A stretch of DNA of 64,000 bases, from NCBI RefSeq assembly GCF_009914755.1, contig NC_060940.1; one strand, given 5' to 3'. A program made the position numbers and the translations under genes. Source of the DNA: the human T2T-CHM13v2.0 reference genome, Homo sapiens. Positions within the stretch are counted from its first letter, which is position 1; the number at the start of each line of letters is the position of its first letter. The notes beneath the pieces were generated by a model, which was not told where the DNA came from, ran no database searches, and saw only the letters and a list, made by a program, of their open reading frames with translations. Below are positions 25,381-41,000 of this stretch, one piece after another.

Positions 25381-28300
25381 AGTCCATTTAATGATTCCAT
25401 TTGATTCCAGTCTCTGATGTTTACATTCGAGTCCATACGATGATTCCACTCAATTCCATATGATGATGATTCCATTCGATTCCATTCGATGATTCCATTC
25501 TATTCTATTCAATGGTGATTCCATTCGAGTACATTAGATGATTCCATTCGATTCCATTCAATGATGATTCTATTTGTGTCCCTTAGATGATTCCACATGA
25601 TTCCATTAGATGATGATACTATTTGAGCCCATCCAATGATTCCCTTCGATTCCATTCGATGAGGATTCCATTCGATTCAATTCATTGGTGATTCTATTCA
25701 ATTCAATTCTTTGATTCAATTCCATTCCATTCGACAATGATTCCATTCGATTTCTTTCGATGATTCCACTCAATTTCACTTGACATTGATTCCATTCGAT
25801 TCCATTCAATGATTCCATTTGATTCCAGTGGATGATGATTGCCGTCGATTCCATTCGATCACTCCATTCTGTTCCATTTGATGATGATTACATTCGATTC
25901 CATTTGATGATTCCATCTGATTCTATTCGAGGATTCCATTTGATTCCATTCGATGATGATTCCATTCGAGTCCATTCGATGGTTTCATTCGAGTACATCC
26001 AATGATTCCATTCGAGTCCATTTGATGATTCCATTTCATTCCATTTGATTATGATTCTACTAGAGTCCATTCAATGACTCCATTCGAGTCCATTCAACAG
26101 TTCCATCCGAGTCCATTCGATGATTCCATTCGATTCCATTTGATGATTCCATTCGAGTCCATTTAATCATTACAGTCGAGTCCATTTGGTGATTCCACTG
26201 GATTTCTTTTGATAATGATACCATTCAATTACATTTGATGATGATCCCATTCAATTTCATTTGATGATGATTCCATTAGAGTCCATTCCCTGATTTCATT
26301 CGAGTCCCTACATTGATTCCATCCGATTTCATTTCATGATGACTCCATTCGAGTCCATTCGATGATTCCACTCGATTCCTTTAGATGATTCCATTGGAGT
26401 CCATTTGATTGTTCCATTCGATTCCATTCGATTCCTTTCGAAGATTATTCCATTTGAGTCCATTCGATGATGATTCCATTCCATTCCATTCGATGATTCC
26501 GTTTGATTCCATTCGATGATTCCCTGCGATTCCTTTCTATGATGATTCCATTCCATTCCATTCAATGATTCCATTCGAATGTATTCCATGATGATTCCTT
26601 TCGATTCCATTCGCTGATGTTTCCGTTCAATTCCATTCGATGATGATTCCATTCGATTCCATTCATTGAGGATTCCATTGGATTCCATTCAATGATGATT
26701 CCATTCTATTCCATTCAATGATTGCATTCAATTCCATTCAATGATTATGCCATTAGAGTAAATTCAACGATTCCATTCAATACCATTCGATGATGATTCC
26801 TTTTGAGTCCATTCAATGATTTCATTCAAGTCCATTTGATGATTCCTTTCAATTCCATTCCATGATGATTCCATTCGAGTCCATTCGATGATTCCATTCG
26901 ATTGCATTCGATGATTCCATTATATTCCATTCAACGATGATTCCATTCGAGTCCATTCGATGATTCCATTAGAGTACATTTAATGATTGCTTTGTTTTCA
27001 ATTCGAAGATGATTACATTGGATTCCATTCTATGATTCCATTCGATTGCATTCATTGATGATTCCACCCAATTCCATTCGATGATGATTCCATTCGATTT
27101 CAATGATTCTACTCGATTCCATTCAATGATGATTCAATTCTATTCCGTTTGATGATTCCATTAGATTCCATTCTATGATGATTCCATTCGAGTCCATTCG
27201 AAGATTTCATTCGATTACATTCCATGACGATTCCATTCGAGTCCATTCGATGATTCCATTTGAATCCATTCGACGATGATTCCATTTGATGCTATCCGAT
27301 GATTCCATTGGATTCCATTCGATGATGATTCCATTCGACTTGATTTGATGTTTCTATTTGAGTCCATTCGGTTATTTTATTAGACTACATTCGATGATGA
27401 TTCCATTCGATGCCATTCAATGATTCCATTTGATTCCACTCAATGATGATTGCATTCGTGTCCATTCGATGATTCCATTTGGTTCCATTTGATGATGATT
27501 CCATTCGAGTCCATTCGATGATACCATTCAATTCCATTCGATGATCATTCCATTCGAATCCATTTGATGATTCCACTCAATTCCATTTGATGACTCCTTT
27601 CATTCCCATTCGATGATTCCCTTCAGTTCCAATTGGATGATCTTTCCATTTGATTCAATATGGTGACTCCATTCTATTATATTCAATGATGATTCCATTC
27701 GACTCCATTAGATGATGACTCCATTCCATTCCATTCGATTGTGATTTCATTCGATTCCATTCGAAGATGATTCCATTCGAGTCCATTTGATGATTCCATT
27801 CGATTCCATTCAATGATGATTCCACTCAAATCCATTGGATGATTCCATTCGTTTCCAATTGGTGATTTCATTAGATTCCATTCGAGGATGATTCTATTCG
27901 AGTCCATTCAATGATTCCATTGGATTCCGTTTGATAATGATTCCATTAGAGTTCATTCGATGATTCCCTTCGAGTCCATTCGATTATTTCTTTTGATTCC
28001 ATTTGATGATGATTCCATTCGATTCCATTCAATGATTCCATTCCATTCCATTCGATGATGATTCCATTCGATAATGATTACATTCGAGCCCATGTGATGA
28101 TTCCATTAGATTCTATTCAATGATGATTCCATTCGACCACATTCGATGATGGCATTCGAGTCCATTCGATGATTTCACTCGATTCCACTTGATGATGATT
28201 CCTTTTGAGTCCATTTGATGATTACATTCGAGTCCATGAGATGACTCCATTCGATTCCATTTCATGATGATGCAATTCGAGGCTATTCGATCATCCCATT

Positions 28301-31300
28301 TTAGTGCATTCGGTGATTCTCTTTTATTACATTCGATGAGGGCTCCATTCGAGTCCATTCAATGATTCCATTAGATTCCACTCGATGATGATTCCATTTG
28401 AGTCCATTCAAAGATTCCTTTCGAGTCCATTCGATAATTCTATTGGATTCCACTAGGTGATGATTCCTTTCGAGTCAATTCGATGATTCCTTTCAAGTGC
28501 CTTCAATGATTCCATTCGATTCCATTCGATGACGATTCATTTCAAGTCCATTCAATGGTTCCATTCTGTTGAATTTGATGGTTCCATTTGATTCCATTCG
28601 ATGATGATTCCATTCGTGTCCATTGGATGATTCCATTCGATTCCTTTCGAGGAAGATTCCATTCGACTCCATTCGATGATTCCGTTCGATTCCATTCCAT
28701 GATGATTCCATTTGATTCCATTCCATGATTCCATTCGATACCATTCGATGATGATTCCATTCGACTCCATTTGATGAATCCATTCAATGCTTCCATTCGA
28801 GTCCATTCGATGATTCCATTCGATTCCATTCCATGAAGATTCCATTCGAGTACATTTGATGATTCCATTTAATTCCATAGGATGATGATTCTATTAGGGT
28901 CCGTTGACTATTCCATTCAATTCCATTCGAAGATTCCATTCGAGTCCACTCGATGATTCTATTTGATTCCATTTGATAATTCCATTCGATTCCATTTGAT
29001 GTTGATTCCATTCGAGTCCATTCGATCATTATTACATTTGATTCTATTCGATGATTCCATTCGATTCCATTTGATGAGGATTCCATTCGAGACCATTTGA
29101 TGATTCCATTCAATTCCATTGGATGATTCCAATATTTTCCATTAGATGATGATTCCATTCGATTCCATTCAATGATGATTCCATCAGAATCCATTCGATG
29201 ATGACTCCTTTTGCTTCCATTCAATGATCATTACATTCGGTTCCATTCGATGATGATTCCTTTGGATTCCATTCGATGATGCTTCCATTCGATTCCATTT
29301 GATGATGATTCTTTTCGATTCCATTTGATGATGATTCCATTTGATTCCATTCGATGGTGATTCCATTTGATGATTCCATTCGATTGTATTCGATGATGAT
29401 TCCACTCGATTCTATTTGATGATGACTGCATTCGATTCCATTTGATGATTCCATTTGATTCCATTCGATGATGATTCTGATCAATTGCATTCGATGATCC
29501 ATTCGATTCCATTTGATGGTTCCATTTGATTCCATTTGATAATGATTCCTTTCGAGTCCATTCGATGATTCCATTTGCGGATATTCGATAATTCCATTTG
29601 AGTCCAACCGATGATTCCATTCGAGGCCATTCAATCATTCTTTTTGAGTCCTTTCGATAAAGATTCCATTTTAGTCCATTCAATAATTCCACTGGAGTCC
29701 ATTCGATGATTGCTTTTAATTCCATTCGATGATATTCCATTCGAGTCCATTCGATGATTCCATTCGTTGCTATTAGATGATGATTCCATTCATGACCATT
29801 TGGTGATTCCATTCGATTTCATTCGTTGATGATTCCATTCGAGTCCATTCCATGATTCCATTCAAGTCCATTTGATGATTTCTTTGAATTCAATTCGATG
29901 ATGATTCCATTCGAGTCCATTCGATGATTCCATTCAGTTCCATTCGATGATGATTCCTTTCGAGACCATATGATGATTCCATTTGATTTCATTCGATGAT
30001 GATTCCATTCGATTCCATTCGATGATTCCATTCTATTCCATTCGATGATGATTCCATTCGAGTCCATTTAATGATTCCATTGGGTTCAATTCAATGATGA
30101 TTACATTGGATTCTCTTCTATGATACCATTCAATTCCGTTCATTGACAATTTGATTCCATTCGATGATGATTCCATTTGAGTTCATTCGATGATTCTATT
30201 CGATTCTCTTCGATGGTGATTCAATTCTATTATATTGGATGATTCCATTCGATTCCATTTGATGTTGATTCAATTCGATTCTATTCGATGATGATTCCAT
30301 TGGATTTCATTTGATGATTCTATTCGATTCCATTCAATGATGATTCACTTCTCGTCCATTGGATGATTCCATTTCATTCCATTCGATGATGATTCCATTC
30401 GATTCCATTCGATGATTCCATTTGATTCCATTCGACGGTGAGCAATTCGATTCAATTCCATGATGATTCTATTTGATTCAGTTAGATGATGTTTCCATTC
30501 GAATCCATTCCATGATTATTCCATTGGAATCCATTCGGCGATGATTCCATATGAGTCAATTCAATGATGCTTCCATATGGGTCAGTTCGATGATAATTCC
30601 ATTTGATTTCATTCGATGCTTCTATTCAATTCCAGTCGATGATGATTCCGTTGGAGTCCATACGATGACTCCATTTGATTTCATTTGATGATGATTCCAT
30701 TCGATTCCATTCGATGACTCCATTCTGTTCCATTCGATGATGATTCCATTCGAGTCCATTCGATGATTCCATTCGAGTCCATTTCATGATTCCATTGGGT
30801 TCAATTCGATGATGATTACACTGGATTCCATTCTATGATTCCATTCAATTCCATTCGTTGATGATTCGATTCCATTCAATGATGATTCCATTTGAGTTCA
30901 TTCGATGATTCTATTCGATTCCGTTCGATGGTGATTCAATTCTATTATATTGGATGATTCCATTCGATTCCATTTGATGATGATTCCATTCGATTCCATT
31001 CGATGATGATTCCATTTGATTCCATTTGATGTTGATTCTATTCGATTCTATTCAATGATGATTCCATTCGATTTCATTTGATGATTCTATTCGATTCCTT
31101 TCGATGATTCTATTCCATTCCATTCGATGATGATTCAATTCTCTTCCATTGGATGATTCCATTTTATTCCATTCGACGATGACTCCATTTGATTCCATTC
31201 AATGATGATTCCATTCGATTCCGTTCGGTGATTCCATTTGATTCCATTCGACGGTGAGCAATTTGATTCAATTCCATAATGATTCTATTTGATTCAATTA

Positions 31301-34300
31301 GATGATGTTTCCATTCGAATCCATTCGGTGATGATTCCATTGGTATCCATTCGACGATGATTCCATATGAGTCAATTCGATGATGATTCCATACGAGTCC
31401 GTTGGATGATAATTCCATTTGATTTCATTCATTCCTTCTATTCGATTCCACTTGATGATGATTCCATCTGAATCCATTCTCCGATTCCATTCGATTTCAT
31501 TCGATGCTTCTATTTGATTTCATTCGAAGATGATTCCTTTCAATTCCGTTCATTAATTCCATTTGATTCCATTCGATGATGATTCCATCCGATTCCATTG
31601 GATGATGATTCCATTCGAGTCCATTCGATGATTCCGTTCTAATCCATTCTATGATTCCATTCGAGTCCATTCGATGATTCCATTCGATTCCATTCAGTGA
31701 TGATTCCATTTGATTCCATCTGATGATGATTTCATTTGATTCCATTCGATGATGATTCCATTGGAGTCCATTGAATGATTCAATTCAATTCCATTCCATG
31801 TGGATTCCATTCGAATTCATTCGATTATTCCATTCAAATCCCTTCGTTGATTCCATCTGATTCCACTTGACGATGATTCCATTCAAGTCCAATCGATGAT
31901 TCCATTCGGTTCCATTCAATGATTCCATTCGAGTCCATTTATGTATTATATTCGTGTCCACTTGATGACTCACTCCATTCAATTCCATTTAATGATGATT
32001 CCATTTGATTCCATTTGATGATTCAGTTCGATTCCTTACAATGATTCCCTACGATTCCTTTCTATGATGATTCCATTCGATTCCATTCATTGATGATTCC
32101 ATTCGACTCCATTCGATGATGATTCCTTTCGATTCCATTTGACGATGTTTCCATTTGAGTCCATTCGATGATGATTCCATTGGTATCCATTCGACGATGA
32201 TTCCATATGAGTCAATTCGATGATGATTCCATACGAGTCCGTTGGATGATAATTCCATTTGATTTCATTCAATCCTTCTATTCGATTCCATTTGATGATG
32301 ATTCCATCTGAATCCATTCTCCGATTCCATTCGATTTCATTCGATGCTTCTATTTGATTTCATTCGAAGATGATTCCTTTCAATTCCATTCATTAATTCC
32401 ATTTGATTCCATTCGATGATGATTCCATCCGATTCCATTGGATGATGATTCCACTCGAGTCCATTCGATGATTCCGTTCTAATCCATTCTATGATTCCAT
32501 TCGAGTCCATTCGATGATTCCATTCGATTCCATTCAGTGATGATTCCATTTGATTCCATCTGATGATGATTTCATTTGATTCCATTCGATGATGATTCCA
32601 TTGGAGTCCATTGAATGATTCAATTCAATTCCATTCCATGTGGATTCCATTCGAATTCATTCGATTATTCCATTCAAATCCCTTCGTTGATTCCATCTGA
32701 TTCCACTTGACGATGATTCCATTCAAGTCCAATCGATGATTCCATTCGGTTCCATTCAATGATTCCATTCGAGTCCATTTATGTATTATATTCGTGTCCA
32801 CTTGATGACTCACTCCATTCAATTCCATTTAATGATGATTCCATTTGATTCCATTTGATGATTCAGTTCGATTCCTTACAATGATTCCCTACGATTCCTT
32901 TCTATGATGATTCCATTCGATTCCATTCATTGATGATTCCATTCGACTCCATTCGATGATGATTCCTTTCGATTCCATTTGACGATGTTTCCATTTGAGT
33001 CCATTCGATGATGATTCAATTCAGTTCTGTTCTATTATGAATCCATTCGATTTCATTCAATGCTTCTATTTGATTCCATTCGACGATGATTCCATCTCTT
33101 TCCCTTCGATGATTCCATTTGATTCCATTCAGTGATGATTCCATTTGATTCCATCTGATGATGATTTCACTTGATTCATTTCAATGATGATTCCATTCAA
33201 GTCCATTCGATGATTCCATTGGAGTCCAAACGATCATTCCATTCGATTCCATTCAATGATGATTCCATTCATGTCCATTCAATGAATCCTTTCAATTCCA
33301 TTCGATGATGACTCCATTCGAGTACATTCGATGATTCCATTTGATTCCATCTGATGATGATTACATTCAATTCCATTCGAAGATGATTCCATTCAATTCC
33401 ACTTGATGATGATTCCGTATGAATCCATTCGCTGATTATTCCATTCGATTCCATTCATTGACGATTCCATTCGATTCCATTCAATGATGATTCTCTTCTA
33501 TTGCATTCGATGATTCCGTTCGATTCCATTCGATGATGATTCCATTAGATTCCATTCGATTGTTGCATTCGATTCCCTTCGATGATGATTCCTTTGAATT
33601 CCATTCGATTATGATTCCGTATGAATCCATTTGATGATTATTCCATTGGATTCCTTTCGATGATGATTCCATTCGATTCCATTTGATGATGTTTCTCATG
33701 TATTCCATTTGATAATTCCTTTCAATTCCCTTCGATGATGATTCTTTCGAGTCAATTCGATGATTCTATTCCATTCCCTTCGATGATGATTCCATTTCAC
33801 TCCATTCGATGATTCCATTCGATTCAATTTGGTGATGATTCAATTCGATGACATTCGATGACTCCATTCAATTTCATTTGATGATGATTACATTCGAGTC
33901 CATTTGATGATTGTATTCCTTTCCTTTTGATGATTATTCCATTCGTGTCTATTCAAAGATTCCATTCTATTCCATTCAACGATGATTCCAATTGATTCCA
34001 TTCAATGATTATGGCTATCGATTCCACTCGTTGATTCCATTTGATTCCATTCGATGATTATTCCGTTAGATTCCATTAGGAGATTCCATTCGATTTTATT
34101 CAATGATTCCAATTGATTCCATTCAATGATGATTCCATTCGACTCCATTCAGTGATTCCATTTGAGTCCATTTGATGATTCCATTCGAGTCCATTTGGTG
34201 ATTCCATTCTTTTCCATTTGATGATGATTCCATTAGGGTCCATTCAATGATTCCATTCGAGTCCATTCGTTAATGCCTTTCGAGTCCTTTTGATCACTAC

Positions 34301-37300
34301 ATTCGAGTCCATTCAATGATTCTATTCGATTCCATTCCATGATGATTCCATTCGAGTTCATTCGATGATTGCATTCGAGTCCATTTGATGATTCCATAAG
34401 ATTCCATTCGACAATGATTCCATTCGTGTCCATTTGATGATTCCATTCATTTCCTATCGATGAAGATTCCATTCGAGTGTATTCGATGATTCCATTCAAA
34501 TCCATTCGATGATGATTCCATTCCAGTCCATTCGATCATTCCACTTGATTCCATTTGATGACTATTCCATTCAAATCCATTTGATGATTCCATTCGATTC
34601 CATTCGATGTTACCATTCCAGTATATACGATGATTCCACTCGATTCCATTTGATGATTATTCCATTGGAGTCGACTTAGTGAATCCTTTAGATTCTACTC
34701 GAAGATGATTCCATTCGAGTCCATTCGATGATACCATTCAATTCCATTCGTTGATGCTTCCATTCAAGTGCATTCGATGATATCATTCGATTCCATTTGA
34801 TGATAATTCCATTTGATTCCATGTGATGATTCTATTCCATTCCATTCAATGATAATTCCATTCAATTCAGTGATTCCTCTGGACTCCATTTGATGATGAT
34901 TCCATTCAATGATTCCATTCGATTCTATTCGAAAATGATTCCATTTGAATCCATTTGATGATGATTCCATTCGATTCCATTTGATGATTCCATTCGATTC
35001 CATTCGACGATGATTCCATTCGATTCCATTTGATGATTCCATTCTATTCTATTCGATGATGATTCCATTCGATTCCATTCGATGATGATTGGATTCGATT
35101 CCATTTGATGATTTCATTTGATTCAATTCGATGATGATTTCGATCAATTCCATTCGATGATTCCATTCGATTCCATTTGATAATGATTACATCCGAGTCC
35201 ATTCGATGATTCCATTTGAGCCCGTTCGATAATTCCATTTGAGTCCAATCAATGATTCCATTCATTTCCATTCAATGATTCCATTCGAGTCCATTTGATC
35301 ATTCCGGTAGGGTCCGTTCGATGTTGATTCCATTGGAGTGCCTTCGATGATTCCATTCGAGTCCATTTTAGGATTTGATTCGAGTCCTTTCGATGATTCC
35401 ATTCGATTCCACTCGATGATGATTTCATTCGAGTCCATTCGACACTTCCAATCGATTCCATTTGATGTTTCCATTCGAGTCCAATTGATGATTCCATTCA
35501 ATTCCATTCGATGATGATTCCGTACGATTCCATTCTGTGATGATTCCATGTGATTGCATTCAATGATGATTCCTTTCGATTGCATTCGATTATGATTCAT
35601 TTCGTGTTCATTCTATGGTTCCACAGGTTTCACATCGTGTCCATTCCATTATTCCATTCTATTCCATTTGATGATGATTCCATTCGATTCCATTCATTGG
35701 TGATTCCACTCAATTCCATTCAATGATTCCATTCCATTTCTTTCAACAATGATTCCATTAGTTTCTAATCGATGATCCACTTGATTCCATTTGACGATGA
35801 TTCCATTCTTGTCCATTCGATGATTCCATTTGATTCCATATGATGATGATTCCATTCGATTCCACACGATGATTATTCCATTCGAGTCCATTCAATGGTG
35901 ATTCCATTCAATTCCATTCGATGATTCCTTTCGATTCCATTTGATGATGATGGCATTCGATTCCTTTCAATCATTCCCTTTGATTCCACTCAAAGGTGAT
36001 TTCATTCAAGTCCATTCGATAATTGCATTCGATTCCATTCTATGATGATTCCATTCGAGTCCATTTGATGATTCCATTCAATTCAAGTCAATGATGATTC
36101 CATTCGATTCCATTCGATGATTCCATTGGATTCCATTCGATGATGATTCCATTCAAATCCATTCGATAATTCAATTCACGTCCATTCGATGATGATTCCA
36201 ATCGAATCCATTCAAAGATTCCATTCAATTCCATTCGATGATTCCCTTAGATTCCATTCGATGATTCCACTTGATTCCATTTACGATGATTCCATTCGAT
36301 TCCATGTGATGATTCCATTCAATTCTATTCAATGATGTTTCCATTTGATTCCATTCGACCATGATTGCCTTTGATTCCATTCAATGATTCCATTCGGTTC
36401 CGTTTGATGATGATTCCGTTCGATTCCATTTGATGATTCCATTTGATTCCATTGGATGAGTCCATTCGATTACATTCGATGATTATTCCATTCGAGTGCA
36501 TTAGATGATTCCATTCGAGTCCATTCGATGATTCCATTCGAGTCCATTCGATGATTCCATTCGATTCCATTCGATGTTGATTCTGTTCAAATCCATTCGA
36601 TGATTCCACTCGATTCCATTCGATGACTCCATTTGATCCCATTCGATGATTTCCTTTGATTCCCTTTGATGATCATTCCATTTGATTCAATTCGGTGATT
36701 TCATTTGATTCCATTCAGTGATGTTTCCATTCGACTCCATTCGATGATGATTCCATTCGACTACATTCGATTATGATTTCATTCAATTCCATTCGATAAA
36801 GATTCCCTTCGAGTCCAAACTATGATTCCATTCGATTCCATTCAACGATGATTTGATTCGTGTCCATTCGATGATTCCATTTGATTCCACTTGATGAGGA
36901 TTCCATTCGAGTCCATTTGATGATTCCATTCAATTCCATTCTCCGATGATTTCTTTTGAGCCCATTCAATGCTTCCACTCGATTACATATGATGATGACT
37001 CCATTCGATGAAACTCGATGATGATTCCATTCGCTTGCATTCGATGATGATTCCACTTGAGTCCGTTAGAAGATTCTATTCAATTACATTCCATGACGAT
37101 TCTGTTCGAGTCCATTTGATGATTCCATTACACTCCATTCGACAATGATTCCATTCAATGTTATTCGATGATTCCATTCGATCTCATTCGATGATGATTC
37201 CATTCAAGTCCATTCGATGTTTCCATTCGAGTTCATTCTATTATTCCATTAGATTCCATTCGATGATGATTCCATTCGATTCCATTTGATGATTGCATTC

Positions 37301-38044
37301 TATTTCATTTGATGATGATTCCATTCGAGTCCATTCGATGATTCCATTCGAGTCCATTTAATGAATCCATTGGTTTCAATTCTATGATGATTATATTGGA
37401 TTCCATTCGTTGATGATTTCATTCGATTCCATTCAATGATGATTCCATTCAATTCCATTCAATGATTCCATTCAATTCCATACGATGATGATTCCATTTG
37501 ATTTGATTCGACAGTGAGCCATTCGATTCAATTCCATGATGATTCTGTTTGATTCACTTGGTTGACATTTCCATTCGATTCCATTCGATGATGATTCCAT
37601 TTGATTCCATTCAAAGATGATTCCATTCTAGCCCATTCAATCATTCCATTCGATTCTATTCAATGATGATTCCATTCATGTCGATTTGGTGATTCCATTT
37701 GACTTCATTTGATGATGATTCCTTTCAAGTTCATTAGATGATTCCATTCGATTCCATTTGATGATGATCCCATTCGAGTCCATTCAGTGATTCCACTCGT
37801 TTCCATTCCATGATGATTCCATTCCATTCCATTCAATGATTCCATTCGATTCCGTTTGATGATGATTTCATTCGAGTCCATTTGATGATTCCATTTGATT
37901 CCATTCGATGATGATTCCATTCGAGTCCATTCGATGATTCTATTCGAATCCATTTGATGATTTCTTTTGATTATATTTGGTGATGATTCCATTGGAGTCC
38001 ATTCAATGATTCCATTCGATTCCAATCGATGGTGGTTCCATTAG
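25381..38044 (+). repeat. Higher-order repeat unit 2 (12,664 bp)
   Basis: 25606/38270, 29231/41895, 34764/47428 all +12664. The 4-bp excess over unit 1 is a CACT insertion at ~31971. Confidence 0.93.
31330..33016 (+). repeat. Nested tandem duplication (840 + 840 bp) in unit 2
   Basis: TGGTATCC at 31341 and 32181; ORFs 31497/32337 and 31785/32625 (+840). Confidence 0.92.
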
Positions 38045-41000
38045 AGTCCATTTAATGATTCCATTTGATTCCAGTCTCTGATGTTTACATTCGAGTCCAT
38101 ACGATGATTCCACTCAATTCCATATGATGATGATTCCATTCGATTCCATTCGATGATTCCATTCTATTCTATTCAATGGTGATTCCATTCGAGTACATTA
38201 GATGATTCCATTCGATTCCATTCAATGATGATTCTATTTGTGTCCCTTAGATGATTCCACATGATTCCATTAGATGATGATACTATTTGAGCCCATCCAA
38301 TGATTCCCTTCGATTCCATTCGATGAGGATTCCATTCGATTCAATTCATTGGTGATTCTATTCAATTCAATTCTTTGATTCAATTCCATTCCATTCGACA
38401 ATGATTCCATTCGATTTCTTTCGATGATTCCACTCAATTTCACTTGACATTGATTCCATTCGATTCCATTCAATGATTCCATTTGATTCCAGTGGATGAT
38501 GATTGCCGTCGATTCCATTCGATCACTCCATTCTGTTCCATTTGATGATGATTACATTCGATTCCATTTGATGATTCCATCTGATTCTATTCGAGGATTC
38601 CATTTGATTCCATTCGATGATGATTCCATTCGAGTCCATTCGATGGTTTCATTCGAGTACATCCAATGATTCCATTCGAGTCCATTTGATGATTCCATTT
38701 CATTCCATTTGATTATGATTCTACTAGAGTCCATTCAATGACTCCATTCGAGTCCATTCAACAGTTCCATCCGAGTCCATTCGATGATTCCATTCGATTC
38801 CATTTGATGATTCCATTCGAGTCCATTTAATCATTACAGTCGAGTCCATTTGGTGATTCCACTGGATTTCTTTTGATAATGATACCATTCAATTACATTT
38901 GATGATGATCCCATTCAATTTCATTTGATGATGATTCCATTAGAGTCCATTCCCTGATTTCATTCGAGTCCCTTCATTGATTCCATCCGATTTCATTTCA
39001 TGATGACTCCATTCGAGTCCATTCGATGATTCCACTCGATTCCTTTAGATGATTCCATTGGAGTCCATTTGATTGTTCCATTCGATTCCATTCGATTCCT
39101 TTCGAAGATTATTCCATTTGAGTCCATTCGATGATGATTCCATTCCATTCCATTCGATGATTCCGTTTGATTCCATTCGATGATTCCCTGCGATTCCTTT
39201 CTATGATGATTCCATTCCATTCCATTCAATGATTCCATTCGAATGTATTCCATGATGATTCCTTTCGATTCCATTCGCTGATGTTTCCGTTCAATTCCAT
39301 TCGATGATGATTCCATTCGATTCCATTCATTGAGGATTCCATTGGATTCCATTCAATGATGATTCCATTCTATTCCATTCAATGATTGCATTCAATTCCA
39401 TTCAATGATTATGCCATTAGAGTAAATTCAACGATTCCATTCAATACCATTCGATGATGATTCCTTTTGAGTCCATTCAATGATTTCATTCAAGTCCATT
39501 TGATGATTCCTTTCAATTCCATTCCATGATGATTCCATTCGAGTCCATTCGATGATTCCATTCGATTGCATTCGATGATTCCATTATATTCCATTCAACG
39601 ATGATTCCATTCGAGTCCATTCGATGATTCCATTAGAGTACATTTAATGATTGCTTTGTTTTCAATTCGAAGATGATTACATTGGATTCCATTCTATGAT
39701 TCCATTCGATTGCATTCATTGATGATTCCACCCAATTCCATTCGATGATGATTCCATTCGATTTCAATGATTCTACTCGATTCCATTCAATGATGATTCA
39801 ATTCTATTCCGTTTGATGATTCCATTAGATTCCATTCTATGATGATTCCATTCGAGTCCATTCGAAGATTTCATTCGTTTACATTCCATGACGATTCCAT
39901 TCGAGTCCATTCGATGATTCCATTTGAATCCATTCGACGATGATTCCATTTGATGCTATTCGATGATTCCATTGGATTCCATTCGATGATGATTCCATTC
40001 GACTTGATTTGATGTTTCTATTTGAGTCCATTCGGTTATTTTATTAGACTACATTCGATGATGATTCCATTCGATGCCATTCAATGATTCCATTTGATTC
40101 CACTCAATGATGATTGCATTCGTGTCCATTCGATGATTCCATTTGGTTCCATTTGATGATGATTCCATTCGAGTCCATTCGATGATACCATTCAATTCCA
40201 TTCGATGATCATTCCATTCGAATCCATTTGATGATTCCACTCAATTCCATTTGATGACTCCTTTCATTCCCATTCGATGATTCCCTTCAGTTCCAATTGG
40301 ATGATCTTTCCATTTGATTCAATATGGTGACTCCATTCTATTATATTCAATGATGATTCCATTCGACTCCATTAGATGATGACTCCATTCCATTCCATTC
40401 GATTGTGATTTCATTCGATTCCATTCGAAGATGATTCCATTCGAGTCCATTTGATGATTCCATTCGATTCCATTCAATGATGATTCCACTCAAATCCATT
40501 GGATGATTCCATTCGTTTCCAATTGGTGATTTCATTAGATTCCATTCGAGGATGATTCTATTCGAGTCCATTCAATGATTCCATTGGATTCCGTTTGATA
40601 ATGATTCCATTAGAGTTCATTCGATGATTCCCTTCGAGTCCATTCGATTATTTCTTTTGATTCCATTTGATGATGATTCCATTCGATTCCATTCAATGAT
40701 TCCATTCCATTCCATTCGATGATGATTCCATTCGATAATGATTACATTCGAGCCCATGTGATGATTCCATTAGATTCTATTCAATGATGATTCCATTCGA
40801 CCACATTCGATGATGGCATTCGAGTCCATTCGATGATTTCACTCGATTCCACTTGATGATGATTCCTTTTGAGTCCATTTGATGATTACATTCGAGTCCA
40901 TGAGATGACTCCATTCGATTCCATTTCATGATGATGCAATTCGAGGCTATTCGATCATCCCATTTTAGTGCATTCGGTGATTCTCTTTTATTACATTCGA